64,000 nucleotides of DNA from Mycobacterium sp. (lineage in GTDB: Bacteria; Actinomycetota; Actinomycetes; Mycobacteriales; Mycobacteriaceae): the NCBI GenBank assembly GCA_018401645.1, contig JAGYKK010000006.1, positions 24,437 through 88,436 on the forward strand, given 5' to 3'. The notes under the pieces were generated by a model. It was not told where the DNA came from and made no database searches. It was given only the letters and a program-made list of their open reading frames with translations. Within the stretch, counting starts at the first letter, position 1, and each line of letters begins with the position of its first letter. The position numbers and the translations under genes were made by a program. Below are positions 10,317 through 20,348 of the stretch, piece by piece.

Positions 10317-11023
10317 CTAGGCGACGGGTAACCGCTCGCCGATCATGGTGGCGATCGCCGCCGCTGCCGGGTCGGCGCGCCGAGGCTGCAGGCTTCCACA
10401 TCAACCGCCACATTGACGCGAACGGCGAGCGCCCGTTGACAGGACCAACGCTGCGGGCCCTGTTGCGTCCGGGAAACTGACAGTACGTCTGCGTCAGTGC
10501 TGCTCGGTCCGACCGACCAGAATTGGTCGGGTGCGGGCTGCTGGGTGTAGGTCAAGTCACGTTCGGAGCAGCCGGCCCAACTGCTCTGAGATCGCGCGAA
10601 GAAGTCTGCGGCTGCGCGGGCGGTTTCCGAAGGCACCACGGCCTGAACGGCAAAGTGCGACCATTCGGGAGCGGTCGGCGGCTCGCGGAGGATTTGGCCG
10701 TGCATACCGGTCCAGCCGGAATCGGCGTAGACGCCCTTTTGGGCGGCTCCGCCGATCGCCAGACAGTCCGTACTGTCGAAGCGCGCGCCGTCGTTCCATA
10801 GTTCCCTGACGTCCCGGGTCACCACCAGGTCGTCGCCGGCCAGGTCGCCGCCGGCCAGGGCGAGGTGCCCACCTCAGAAGCGGACAACGGCAGCGCGGAC
10901 GAGATTGTCGGCCGTGGTCGGCGGAATCGGCGCCATCGGCAACGCGGTACCGGCCGTCGTGGCTGCGCACCCGCCGACGGTGATGCAGAGCCCTCCGAGC
11001 AGCACAGCCAGCCGGGTGGTCAC
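10317..11023 (-). CDS. PknH-like sensor-domain lipoprotein (frameshifted)
   Basis: Signal peptide with lipobox-like VGGC; W..CS, QRWSCQRAL and VAVDVEACS motifs typical of the PknH extracellular domain. Confidence 0.72.
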
Positions 11024-11144
11024 CGGATAAATAGAACCCCATGAGCCGCGTGTTGTAAATGGGGTTTTTGTTAAGGATGTGATAGCGGTTGGTCGCTCTC
11101 CCCGATTCCCCGGCAGCGGTGTTGGCAGTGGTATTAATGCAACC

Positions 11145-12470
11145 GTGACGAATCCCGAGGATGAGGTGGTCGGGCTTGTCAGCGCCCTGATCCGGTTCGA
11201 CACCTCGAACACGGGGGAGCCGGCCACCACCAAGGGTGAGGCGGAGTGCGCCCGATGGGTCGCGGAGCAGCTGAGCGAGGTCGGCTACGAGCCGGAGTAC
11301 ATCGAATCCGGCGCCCCAAACCGGGCCAACGTGTTCGTCCGGTTGCCTGGCGCCGATCCGTCGCGCGGGGCGCTGCTGATCCACGGGCACCTCGACGTCG
11401 TGCCCGCCGAGGCCGCTGACTGGAGCGTGCACCCCTTCTCCGGCGCGGTCTCCGACGGCTACGTGTGGGGTCGCGGCGCTGTCGACATGAAGGACATGTG
11501 CGGGATGATGCTGGCGGTCGCCCGGCACTTCAAAGGATCCGGCGTGGTGCCGCCGCGCGACCTGGTGTTCGCCTTCGTCGCCGACGAGGAGCACGGCGGC
11601 AATTACGGGGCCCAGTGGTTGGTCGATCACCGGCGGGATCTTTTCGACGGTGTCAGCGAGGCGATCGGTGAGGTGGGCGGCTTCTCGGTCACTCTGCCGC
11701 GCCGCGACGGCGGCGAGCGCCGGCTATACCTGATCGAGACCGCCGAGAAGGGCCTGCTGTGGATGCGGTTGACCGCGCGCGGCCGCGCCGGCCACGGGTC
11801 GATGATCCACGACGACAATGCCGTCACCACCATCGCCGCGGCCGTGGCGCGCCTCGGCGCCCATCAGTTCCCACTGGTGTTGACCGACTCGGTGGCGCAG
11901 TTCCTGACAGCGGTCGGCGAGGAGACCGGCTACACCTTCGACGTCGACTCCTCCGATCTCGAGGGTGCGGTCGCCAAGCTGGGCCCGATCGCCCGCCTGG
12001 TGGGAGCCACCCTGCGGGACACTGCCAACCCGACCATGCTGTCGGCCGGTTACAAGGCCAACGTCATCCCGGCCACCGCCGAGGCCGTCGTCGACTGCCG
12101 GGTGCTGCCCGGGCGGCAGGCCGCCTTCGAGCGTGAGGTCGACGAGATCATCGGTCCGAGCGTCAGCCGGGAGTGGATCTCTGAACTTCCGTCCTACGAG
12201 ACCAGCTTCGACGGTGACCTGGTGGACGCGATGAACGACGCACTGGTGGCCGTCGATCCGGAAGCGCGCATCGTCCCGTACATGCTCTCCGGCGGCACCG
12301 ACGCCAAAGCCTTTGCTCGGCTGGGGATTCGGTGCTTCGGTTTCGCTCCGCTGCGCCTGCCGCCGGAATTGGACTTCGCCGCGCTGTTCCACGGCGTCGA
12401 CGAGCGGGTGCCGGTGGACGCGCTCGAGTTCGGCGCCCGGGTGCTCGAACACTTCTTGAAGAACTGCTGA
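11145..12470 (+). CDS. M20/M25/M40 family metallo-hydrolase (Rv2141c-like)
   Basis: [37 protein letters not shown]. Confidence 0.92.
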   Translation: MTNPEDEVVGLVSALIRFDTSNTGEPATTKGEAECARWVAEQLSEVGYEPEYIESGAPNRANVFVRLPGADPSRGALLIHGHLDVVPAEAADWSVHPFSGAVSDGYVWGRGAVDMKDMCGMMLAVARHFKGSGVVPPRDLVFAFVADEEHGGNYGAQWLVDHRRDLFDGVSEAIGEVGGFSVTLPRRDGGERRLYLIETAEKGLLWMRLTARGRAGHGSMIHDDNAVTTIAAAVARLGAHQFPLVLTDSVAQFLTAVGEETGYTFDVDSSDLEGAVAKLGPIARLVGATLRDTANPTMLSAGYKANVIPATAEAVVDCRVLPGRQAAFEREVDEIIGPSVSREWISELPSYETSFDGDLVDAMNDALVAVDPEARIVPYMLSGGTDAKAFARLGIRCFGFAPLRLPPELDFAALFHGVDERVPVDALEFGARVLEHFLKNC

Positions 12471-12495
12471 CCGGACGAGAGAGGGATCACCTGCC

Positions 12496-13026
12496 ATGGC
12501 TTTTCCGTACAACCCCTACGACTTCCTGCCCGAGTTGCCCGGGTTCACCCTGACCAGCTCCGACGTCGCCGACGGCAGCGCACTGAAGATGGCACAGGTC
12601 AGTGGCATCATGGGTGCGGGAGGCGAGGATCTCTCCCCGCAGCTGAGCTGGTCGGGTTTCCCGGAGGAGACCCGAAGCTTCGCGGTGACGGTGTTCGATC
12701 CAGATGCACCGACCGCGTCGGGCTTCTGGCACTGGGTGGTGGCGAATCTGCCTGCCACGGTGACCGATCTGCCGACCGGTGTCGGCGATGGATCGGTGCT
12801 GCCCGGCGATGCGCTAACCCTGCGCAATGACGCCGGCATCCGCCGCTACGTGGGTGCGGCCCCGCCCGCCGGTCACGGCGTGCATCGGTACTTCGTGGTG
12901 GTACATGCGCTCGACCAGGAGAAGCTGGAACTCACCGAGGATGCCAGCCCCGCATACCTGGGCTTCAATCTGTTCATGCACTCGATCGCACGCGCGGTCA
13001 TCCATGGCACCTACGAGCAGACCTAG
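12496..13026 (+). CDS. YbhB/YbcL family PEBP-like protein (TB18.6-like)
   Basis: [34 protein letters not shown]. Confidence 0.92.
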   Translation: MAFPYNPYDFLPELPGFTLTSSDVADGSALKMAQVSGIMGAGGEDLSPQLSWSGFPEETRSFAVTVFDPDAPTASGFWHWVVANLPATVTDLPTGVGDGSVLPGDALTLRNDAGIRRYVGAAPPAGHGVHRYFVVVHALDQEKLELTEDASPAYLGFNLFMHSIARAVIHGTYEQT

Positions 13027-13045
13027 CCCCCGCACTCGCCGGGTG

Positions 13046-14111
13046 TCAGCGGGTGGCTGAGCCCACCGCGTCGCTCAGCGACGTGAAACCGCCGGCATGC
13101 AACCGCTCAGCCAGGCCGTCGTGAATGTGTTTGGCCCACAATCCGCCACCGTAGACGAAACCGGTGTAGCCCTGCAGTAACGACGCTCCCGCGGTGATGC
13201 GCCCCCAGGCATCCTCGGCGGTCTCGATACCTCCGACGCTGATCAGCGACTGCCGACCGCCGACCCGGGCGTACAGACGGCGCAGCACTTCAGCCGACCG
13301 TGTTGCCACCGGGGCACCTGAAATGCCGCCCTGCCCGAGTTCGTCGACACCGGGCGTGCGCAGGCCGGACCGCGACACCGTGGTGTTGGTCGCGACGATT
13401 CCAGCCAGGCCGGCTTCCACGGCCAGGTCGGCCACCGCATCGATGTCAGCGTCGGACAGATCGGGGGCGATCTTGACCAGCACCGGCGTTGCCGTTTCCG
13501 CCAGCACGGCGGCCAGGATCGGTTGTAAAGACTCAACCGCCTGCAGGTCGCGCAGACCCGGGGTATTGGGTGAGCTGACGTTGACCACCAGATAGTCGGC
13601 CAGGGAGCCCAGCAGCCTGGCGCTGGCCGCGTAGTCTTGCGGGGCGTGTTCGGGCGGGGTCACTTTGGACTTGCCGATGTTGACCCCGATCGGGGTATCC
13701 GGATGATGGCGGGCCAGGCGAAGCGCCAATTGCCCGGCGCCGTGATTATTGAAGCCCATCCTGTTGAGAAGTGCCCGATCGGCTGCCAGGCGGAACAGCC
13801 GGGGCTGCGGGTTTTCCCGGTTGCGAACGGGGGGTCACCGTGCCGATCTCGGCGTAACCGAATCCCAGTGCGCCCCAGGTTTTCAGGCCTTCGCCGTCCT
13901 TGTCGAATCCCGCTGCCAGGCCGAGCGGTCCCGGAAAGCGCACCCCGAACACCGTGCTCGCCAGAATTGGGTCAGTCGGCGCCAGTGCCCGCCGCAACGG
14001 TCCGCGGGAGAATTCGGTCGCGGTGGCGCCGCGCAGGGCGGTGAACACGAGGTTGTGCACCCTTTCCGGGGGCGCCAGGAACAAAGCCCGCCGCACGGCC
14101 TCGTAGATCAC
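13046..14111 (-). CDS. pyrD: Quinone-dependent dihydroorotate dehydrogenase (frameshift near 13810-13840)
   Basis: GLAAGFDK and AEIGTVTP in one frame; [27 protein letters not shown] and ISVGGI in the next. Confidence 0.92.
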
Positions 14112-14365
14112 AGGCTCGGCTGGTCAGCCGGCCGCGGATTGTCAATCCGGGACTTTCTGCGCCGCAACAGCACCCGTCTGCTCCCATCGGTATAGAGCCG
14201 AACCCTGCTCAGTTCCCAGCCGCGATATTCGGCCTCGATGGCCAGTCGGGTGGACGCGCTGACCCGCGTCACCTCGGGTGGCAAACGTAGTGGAATCCAC
14301 TCGTAATCGTCGGAGAGTTCGCTTTCCCAGGCGGGGGGTATCCGACTCCAGTGCGGCGCATTCAT
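14108..14365 (-). CDS. DUF5703-family small protein
   Basis: [28 protein letters not shown]. Confidence 0.8.
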   Translation of the reverse strand: MNAPHWSRIPPAWESELSDDYEWIPLRLPPEVTRVSASTRLAIEAEYRGWELSRVRLYTDGSRRVLLRRRKSRIDNPRPADQPSL

Positions 14366-15435
14366 GTCGCACCGGCCGCATTGCGAATTACCTGAATGCC
14401 GTCACCGGAACCCGAAACAACATAGAGGGTACCGGTACCTTCATCAAAGGCCAGCGAGTTGGGTTGCTGCACAGTCGGATAACGCATCTTCTCCACCGGT
14501 ATACCGGTTGAAAGATCGTATCCGACCACGGCATTGCTCGCCGTCTCCGAAACCCAGATCAGTGTCTGTGAACCGACGATCCCATAGGGCGTTCCGCTGA
14601 CCGGATATCCCTGGCGTTGGATCAACGGATCGACACTGAACACCAGCAACTGTCCACCGCGGGTATCGACCACGAGCACCCGGCCTGCTGAGTCCGCGGC
14701 GATGGTGGTTGCGCCAATTCCGGCCCGCAACGCCTGCAGGGCCGCACCCTGTTCGTTGAGGGCGGTCACCGAGGTCTGCCCGCGGTCGAGCACCACCGCG
14801 GTGTCGTCCTCAATGACGATGGCGTCGACCCGGGCGAAGATCTCGGTTTTGTTGGTCACCGCCCGCTCGTCGTCCACGATGACGATGGCGCCGCCGGCGC
14901 TGCCGAGCACCATGCTGCCGTCGGCGCGACGGGCGATGGCGGTGAAATCGGTGTTGGCTTCGCCGTCGATGGTCGTCGCGGTCACCGTGCCGGTGGTCAG
15001 GTCGACGGAGTTGAAGCCGCCGCGGGTGGCGGCATAGGCCACGCCGCGGCCGTTACCGGCGATCGCGGTCGCAGCGCCGTCCAACTCCACCGGGCGCGTG
15101 CCGCCACCGGGTCCGACGATTGTCACGGTGGCGGGAGCCTGCGGGTCCGCACCGGGGGTGAAGACCACCAACGACGACGTCACCGGGTCGAACAACGCCG
15201 CGGTGTGGAGGCCACCCACCGCCAGCACCTCGCCGGCGGGTGCCTGCGCCGGCGAAGGCGACACCGCCGCAGTGGCCGGTTCGATGGTGGCCGGTGTGGG
15301 ATCGGTGAGTTTCGACGAGCATCCGGTGACCACCAGCACCAACGCCAGCATTCCGCATACGGTGCCGCTGATAATTCCACCTATGGAGCGGTTCGGGTGC
15401 GGTGGCAACGGGTGGCCCCCAGGTCGGTCGGTCAT
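14362..15435 (-). CDS. lppL: LppL-like beta-propeller lipoprotein
   Basis: Lipobox VTGC; VVLDRGQTSV, ALRAGIGAT, YPTVQQPNSLAFD; syntenic with pyrD. Confidence 0.82.
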   Translation of the reverse strand: MTDRPGGHPLPPHPNRSIGGIISGTVCGMLALVLVVTGCSSKLTDPTPATIEPATAAVSPSPAQAPAGEVLAVGGLHTAALFDPVTSSLVVFTPGADPQAPATVTIVGPGGGTRPVELDGAATAIAGNGRGVAYAATRGGFNSVDLTTGTVTATTIDGEANTDFTAIARRADGSMVLGSAGGAIVIVDDERAVTNKTEIFARVDAIVIEDDTAVVLDRGQTSVTALNEQGAALQALRAGIGATTIAADSAGRVLVVDTRGGQLLVFSVDPLIQRQGYPVSGTPYGIVGSQTLIWVSETASNAVVGYDLSTGIPVEKMRYPTVQQPNSLAFDEGTGTLYVVSGSGDGIQVIRNAAGAT

Positions 15436-15556
15436 TCGGTTCGTCGATCGGTTCGCATCGGCGTTGGCCCGATTCTAGGTCCCCGGGCGCGATTGACTCG
15501 GTGCGGGCAGTGACATCTCACCGTCGTAACCGGGCTTATGGTGCCCGGGTTATGGT

Positions 15557-15871
15557 GTGACCGTGACGTTGGCTGCCGCACCGTTTCCCCCGGGAACCGA
15601 GTTCCTGGTCGAAGACATCAGCACCGGGGTGAACGGCAGTGGATTCGGACAACTGGGTGACGGTCGCAGTTTCTCATTCCGGATTCACCATGGGCAGTTG
15701 CTCGTCGAGATCTATCGGCCCCGGCTAGCGGGACCGGTTCCGCTTCCCGAGGATGTGGTGGCCAGCGCGAAGCGGTCACTGGCCGACCTCGACGTCGATG
15801 ACGTTCGCAGCCTGACCGCCGCCGTTCGCGATGCCGTCGGTACGGCCGCCCCGGTATCGCCAGTGCGCTGA
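15557..15871 (+). CDS. Conserved mycobacterial hypothetical protein (Rv2137c-like)
   Basis: [13 protein letters not shown]...[14 protein letters not shown]; synteny. Confidence 0.7.
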   Translation: MTVTLAAAPFPPGTEFLVEDISTGVNGSGFGQLGDGRSFSFRIHHGQLLVEIYRPRLAGPVPLPEDVVASAKRSLADLDVDDVRSLTAAVRDAVGTAAPVSPVR

Positions 15872-15915
15872 CGCACTATCCAGGTACGGACAGCGTCCCA
15901 GGTACGGTCAGCCAC

Positions 15916-16764
15916 GTGGACGTGTCGCCGATGTCGTGGTTGCAGGTCGTGGTGCTCTCGATCGTCCAGGGGTTGACCGAGTTCCTGCCTGTCTCGTCCT
16001 CAGCCCACCTGGCCATCGTCTCGCGGTTCTTTTTCGGCGGTGATGCGGGCGCGTCGTTCACCGCAGTTTCCCAACTCGGTACCGAAGCCGCAGTGGTGGT
16101 CTACTTCGCTCGCGACATCGCCCGCATCGTGCGGGCGTGGTTGCGCGGCCTGTTCGTCCGTGCGCACCGCGACAATGTCGACTACCGGATGGGCTGGTAT
16201 GTGATCATCGGAACCATTCCGATCGGCGTACTGGGATTCGCGTTCAAGGACACCATCCGGTCGGAGGCAAGAAATCTCTGGGTGATCGCCACCGCGATGT
16301 TGGTGTTCTCGGCCGTGATTGCGGCCGCCGAGTACTACGGCCGCCAGAACCGCCACGAGGCCGAACTCACCTGGCGCGACGGCCTTATCGTCGGTCTTGC
16401 CCAGTGTCTTGCGCTGGTTCCCGGGGTGTCACGCTCCGGTGCCACCATCAGCGCCGGCCTGTTCCTCGGCGTGGACCGGGCGTTGGCGGCGAGATTCGGC
16501 TTCCTGCTTGCTATTCCGGCAGTCTTGGCCTCTGGTCTGTTTTCGCTTCCTGATGCGTTCAACCCGGCAAACGATGGGATGAGCGCGACGGGCGTTCAAC
16601 TGTTGGCGTCGGTGGTGATCACCTTCGTGGTCGGCCTCGCCGCGGTGGCCTGGCTGCTGCGCTTCCTGACCCACCACGCGATGTACTGGTTTGTCGGTTA
16701 CCGCGTGGTTCTCGCGCTAGTAGTGATGGCCTTGCTGGCCACCGGAACGATGGCTGCCACATGA
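15916..16764 (+). CDS. uppP: Undecaprenyl-diphosphate phosphatase
   Basis: [16 protein letters not shown] and [10 protein letters not shown] motifs. Confidence 0.95.
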   Translation: MDVSPMSWLQVVVLSIVQGLTEFLPVSSSAHLAIVSRFFFGGDAGASFTAVSQLGTEAAVVVYFARDIARIVRAWLRGLFVRAHRDNVDYRMGWYVIIGTIPIGVLGFAFKDTIRSEARNLWVIATAMLVFSAVIAAAEYYGRQNRHEAELTWRDGLIVGLAQCLALVPGVSRSGATISAGLFLGVDRALAARFGFLLAIPAVLASGLFSLPDAFNPANDGMSATGVQLLASVVITFVVGLAAVAWLLRFLTHHAMYWFVGYRVVLALVVMALLATGTMAAT

Positions 16765-16774
16765 GGGGGTTGCG

Positions 16775-17494
16775 GTGACCGTCATCCTGCTGCGCCACGG
16801 AAGGTCGGTGGCTAACACCGCGCACACTCTCGCCGGACGCTCCGAGGGCGTTGAACTCGATGAGAAGGGTCTGACCCAAGCCGGCGCGCTGATCGAACGA
16901 CTTGAAGGATTACCGATCAAGGCGTTGGTGAGGTCGCCGTTGCTGCGTTGTCGGCGCACCCTTGAGCCGCTGGCTGCTGCGCTCGGACTCGATCCGCTGG
17001 TCGACGAGCGACTCTCCGAGGTGGATTACGGGCAGTGGACCGGCCGTCAATTGGGTGAACTGGTCAGCGAGCCGCTCTGGACGATCGTTCAGCAACAACC
17101 CAGCGCCGCGGTGTTTCCAGAGGGGGAGGGCCTGGCGCAGGTGCAGGCTCGTGCGGTGGCGGCCGTGCGCGACCACGACCGAAGGCTCGCCGAGGTGCAC
17201 GGCACTGACACGCTGTGGGTGGCCTGCACGCACGGAGACGTGATCAAGTCGGTGCTCGCCGACGCCCTGGGCACCCACCTGGACAGCTTCCAGCGCATTA
17301 CCGCCGATCCGGCATCGATGAGCGTGATCCGCTACACGTCCACCCGTCCATTCGTCCTGCACGTCAACCACACCGGCGCCCAACTCGCCTCCGCGTTGAA
17401 GGCACCCTCGTCCGTAGCTGAGGGGTCTGCGACTTCGGGGTCTTCGGGGTCCGGCGGAGCCGGCGACGCGGTCGTCGGCGGATCGACCGATTGA
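16775..17494 (+). CDS. Histidine phosphatase family protein (Rv2135c-like)
   Basis: LLRHG, SPLLRC, EVDYGQW, CTHGDVIK. Confidence 0.9.
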   Translation: MTVILLRHGRSVANTAHTLAGRSEGVELDEKGLTQAGALIERLEGLPIKALVRSPLLRCRRTLEPLAAALGLDPLVDERLSEVDYGQWTGRQLGELVSEPLWTIVQQQPSAAVFPEGEGLAQVQARAVAAVRDHDRRLAEVHGTDTLWVACTHGDVIKSVLADALGTHLDSFQRITADPASMSVIRYTSTRPFVLHVNHTGAQLASALKAPSSVAEGSATSGSSGSGGAGDAVVGGSTD

Positions 17495-17528
17495 CCGCCG
17501 TGCCCCGACCGGTATTTTGGGACTGACC

Positions 17529-18113
17529 ATGACCCGCGCAATTCATGTCTTCCGCACACCCGACCGATTCGTGGCCGGGACCGTCGGCGAGCCCGGAAGT
17601 CGGACCTTCTACCTGCAGGCGGTGCACGACAGCCGGATCATCTCGGTGATGTTGGAGAAGCAGCAGGTGGAGATGCTGGCCGATCGGATCGACGCCCTCC
17701 TCGTCGAGATCAACCGCCGGTTCGGCACGCCATTGCCACCGGAGTGCGAGGTCGAGGACCTCGATCCGCTGGCGATGCCGGTCGATGCGGAATTTCGCGT
17801 CGGCACGATGGGCCTGGGCTGGGATGCCGAGGCACAGAACGTCGTCGTCGAGTTGCTCGCCGCCACCGATACCGAAATTGACGCGTCGGTCATCCTCGAC
17901 GACGCCGAGGATGGCCCCGATGCGGTTCGGGTGTTCCTCTCGCCGGATTCGGCGCGTCAGTTCGCGACCCGATCGCAACGTGTCATCTCAGCGGGACGCC
18001 CGCCGTGCCCGCTGTGTGCGGAGGCATTGGATCCACAGGGGCATGTTTGCGCACGCACCAACGGATATCGCCGCGGTGCCCTGCTTGGCACCGGAGATGA
18101 TCCCGAGCCGTGA
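17529..18113 (+). CDS. DUF3090 family protein (Rv2134c-like)
   Basis: RFVAGTVGEPGSRTFYLQA, LEKQQV, AGRPPCPLC...GHVCARTNG. Confidence 0.88.
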   Translation: MTRAIHVFRTPDRFVAGTVGEPGSRTFYLQAVHDSRIISVMLEKQQVEMLADRIDALLVEINRRFGTPLPPECEVEDLDPLAMPVDAEFRVGTMGLGWDAEAQNVVVELLAATDTEIDASVILDDAEDGPDAVRVFLSPDSARQFATRSQRVISAGRPPCPLCAEALDPQGHVCARTNGYRRGALLGTGDDPEP

Positions 18114-18931
18114 CCCAGACCGACGAGCGGGACGAGACTCTGCGCAGCGGTGAACTGAAGATCCTCGGGCGGATCAGGTCAGCGAGCAACGCGACGTTCC
18201 TCTGCGAGGCACTGCGCGGTGCGGACAGTGTGCATTGCGTTTACAAGCCGGTCGCCGGTGAACAGCCGCTGTGGGATTTTCCCGACGGCACCCTGGCCGG
18301 CCGAGAGTTCAGTGCCTTTGCGATCTCGGCGGCGCTGAGCTGGGATGTGGTGCCGTACACCCTTATTCGGGACGGACCGGCCGGTCCGGGAATGGTCCAA
18401 CTGTGGATCGACCAGTCCGATGCCGATGACGACGATGAGGGTGACGCGGACCGGGAGCCGGGACTGGTGGATCTCTGGCCAACCGAATCCGTTCCGGAGG
18501 GCTATCTTTCGGTGCTGCGCGCCTTTGACTACACCGGCGGCGAGGTGACGCTGATTCATGCCGATGATCCGCGGCTGCGACGGATGGCGGTGTTCGACGT
18601 CATTGTGAACAACGCCGACCGCAAGGGTGGTCACATCCTGAGTGGGCTGGACGGCCGGGTGTACGGCGTCGATCACGGAATCTCCATGCACGCCCAGGAA
18701 AAGCTACGCACGGTGCTGTGGGGATGGGCAGGTAAGCCGATCGACGACCCGACCCTGGAGGAAATGGCAGGCCTGCAGGAGAGGCTGGCGGGTTCACTCG
18801 GCGAGGAATTGCGTGAGCACATCACCGCGGTCGAGGTGGCCGCGCTATGTGGGCGGGTGCGCGCCCTGCTCGCGGATCCGGTGATGCCCGATCCGAATCG
18901 GCGCAGCCCGATTCCCTGGCCGGCATTCTGA
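18110..18931 (+). CDS. SCO1664 family kinase-like protein (Rv2133c-like)
   Basis: ASNATF, YKPVAGEQPLWDFPDGTLAGRE, NNADRKGGH, DHG. Confidence 0.88.
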   Translation: MTQTDERDETLRSGELKILGRIRSASNATFLCEALRGADSVHCVYKPVAGEQPLWDFPDGTLAGREFSAFAISAALSWDVVPYTLIRDGPAGPGMVQLWIDQSDADDDDEGDADREPGLVDLWPTESVPEGYLSVLRAFDYTGGEVTLIHADDPRLRRMAVFDVIVNNADRKGGHILSGLDGRVYGVDHGISMHAQEKLRTVLWGWAGKPIDDPTLEEMAGLQERLAGSLGEELREHITAVEVAALCGRVRALLADPVMPDPNRRSPIPWPAF

Positions 18932-19033
18932 ATATCGCTGCCGGCGCGGGCTTAGGCTGTCGGTGTGCCACTGACCCCTGTTCGCTCTGACCCCGATTCA
19001 CTGATTTCGCGACGTCGGTGGCACCATTAATCG

Positions 19034-20314
19034 GTGTCCGCCGAACTGAGCCAGCAGCGCGTGTCAGGTCCGCTGTCCGCGGCCGACATCGACGCAGCTG
19101 CGGGCAGGATCTCCGACGTCGTGCTGCGGACCCCGTTGGAGTTCTGCGATCGGCTGTCGGCGGCGACTGGCGCGCAGGTCTACCTGAAGCGCGAGGACTT
19201 GCAGAGCGTGCGGTCCTACAAGGTTCGCGGAGCCTACAACCTGCTCAAGCAACTCACCGACGATGAGTTGCGGGCCGGTGTGGTCTGTTCCTCGGCCGGC
19301 AACCATGCCCAGGGCTTCGCGTTGGCCTGCCGTTCGATGCAGGTCCATGGCCGGGTGTACGTCCCGGGCAAGACGCCCAAGCAGAAACGCGATCGGATCC
19401 GCTATCACGGCGGTGAGTTCATTGAGTTGATCGTCGGCGGCCGGACCTACGACGAAGCCGCCGTCGCCGCTGTCGACGACGTGGCGAGAACCGGCGCAAC
19501 GCTGGTGCCGCCGTACGACGATCTGCGCACCATGGCCGGCCAGGGCACCATCGCTGTGGAGATCCTCGACCAACTCGACGCCGAACCGGATCTGGTGATC
19601 GTCGGCGTCGGTGGCGGTGGCTGTATTTCGGGGATCACCGCCTACCTCGCCGAGCGCACGACAAACACGGCCGTGCTGGGTGTCGAACCAGCCGGGGCGG
19701 CCTCAATGATGGCCGCGCTGGCCACCGGCGAACCGGTGACGCTCGATCACGTCGATCAGTTCGTCGACGGCGCCGCGGTCAAGCGGGCCGGTGTGCTGAC
19801 GTACGCGGCGTTGGCCGCGGCCGGAGACATGGTGTCGGTCACCACCGTCGACGAGGGCGCGGTGTGCACGGCGATGCTCGATCTGTATCAGAACGAGGGA
19901 ATCATCGCCGAACCCGCCGGCGCACTGGCGGTTGCGGGGCTCCTGGAAGCCGACGTGGCGCCGGGAGCGACGGTGGTGTGCCTGATCGGCGGAGGGAACA
20001 ACGACGTCTCCCGCTACGGCGAGGTGCTGGAGCGTTCCCTGGTGCACCTGGGCCTCAAACACTATTTCCTGGTGGACTTCCCGCAGGAACCCGGTGCGCT
20101 GCGCCGCTTCCTCGACGAGGTGCTCGGCCCGGAGGACGACATCACCTTGTTCGAATACGTCAAGCGCAACAACCGGGAAACCGGTGAGGCACTCGTCGGT
20201 ATCGAACTCGGCTCGGCCGCTGGTCTCGACGGGCTTCGCGACCGGATGGAGGTGTCCGGACTGCAGGTCGAGGCACTGGAACCGGGATCACCGGCCTATC
20301 GGTATCTGACCTAG
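19034..20314 (+). CDS. ilvA: Threonine ammonia-lyase (biosynthetic)
   Basis: LKREDLQSVRSYKVRGA, SAGNHAQG, C-terminal FPQEPGAL regulatory domain. Confidence 0.96.
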   Translation: MSAELSQQRVSGPLSAADIDAAAGRISDVVLRTPLEFCDRLSAATGAQVYLKREDLQSVRSYKVRGAYNLLKQLTDDELRAGVVCSSAGNHAQGFALACRSMQVHGRVYVPGKTPKQKRDRIRYHGGEFIELIVGGRTYDEAAVAAVDDVARTGATLVPPYDDLRTMAGQGTIAVEILDQLDAEPDLVIVGVGGGGCISGITAYLAERTTNTAVLGVEPAGAASMMAALATGEPVTLDHVDQFVDGAAVKRAGVLTYAALAAAGDMVSVTTVDEGAVCTAMLDLYQNEGIIAEPAGALAVAGLLEADVAPGATVVCLIGGGNNDVSRYGEVLERSLVHLGLKHYFLVDFPQEPGALRRFLDEVLGPEDDITLFEYVKRNNRETGEALVGIELGSAAGLDGLRDRMEVSGLQVEALEPGSPAYRYLT

Positions 20315-20348
20315 GGCGCTGCGCCCCGTCGCCCAGTCGCTCAGTCGT

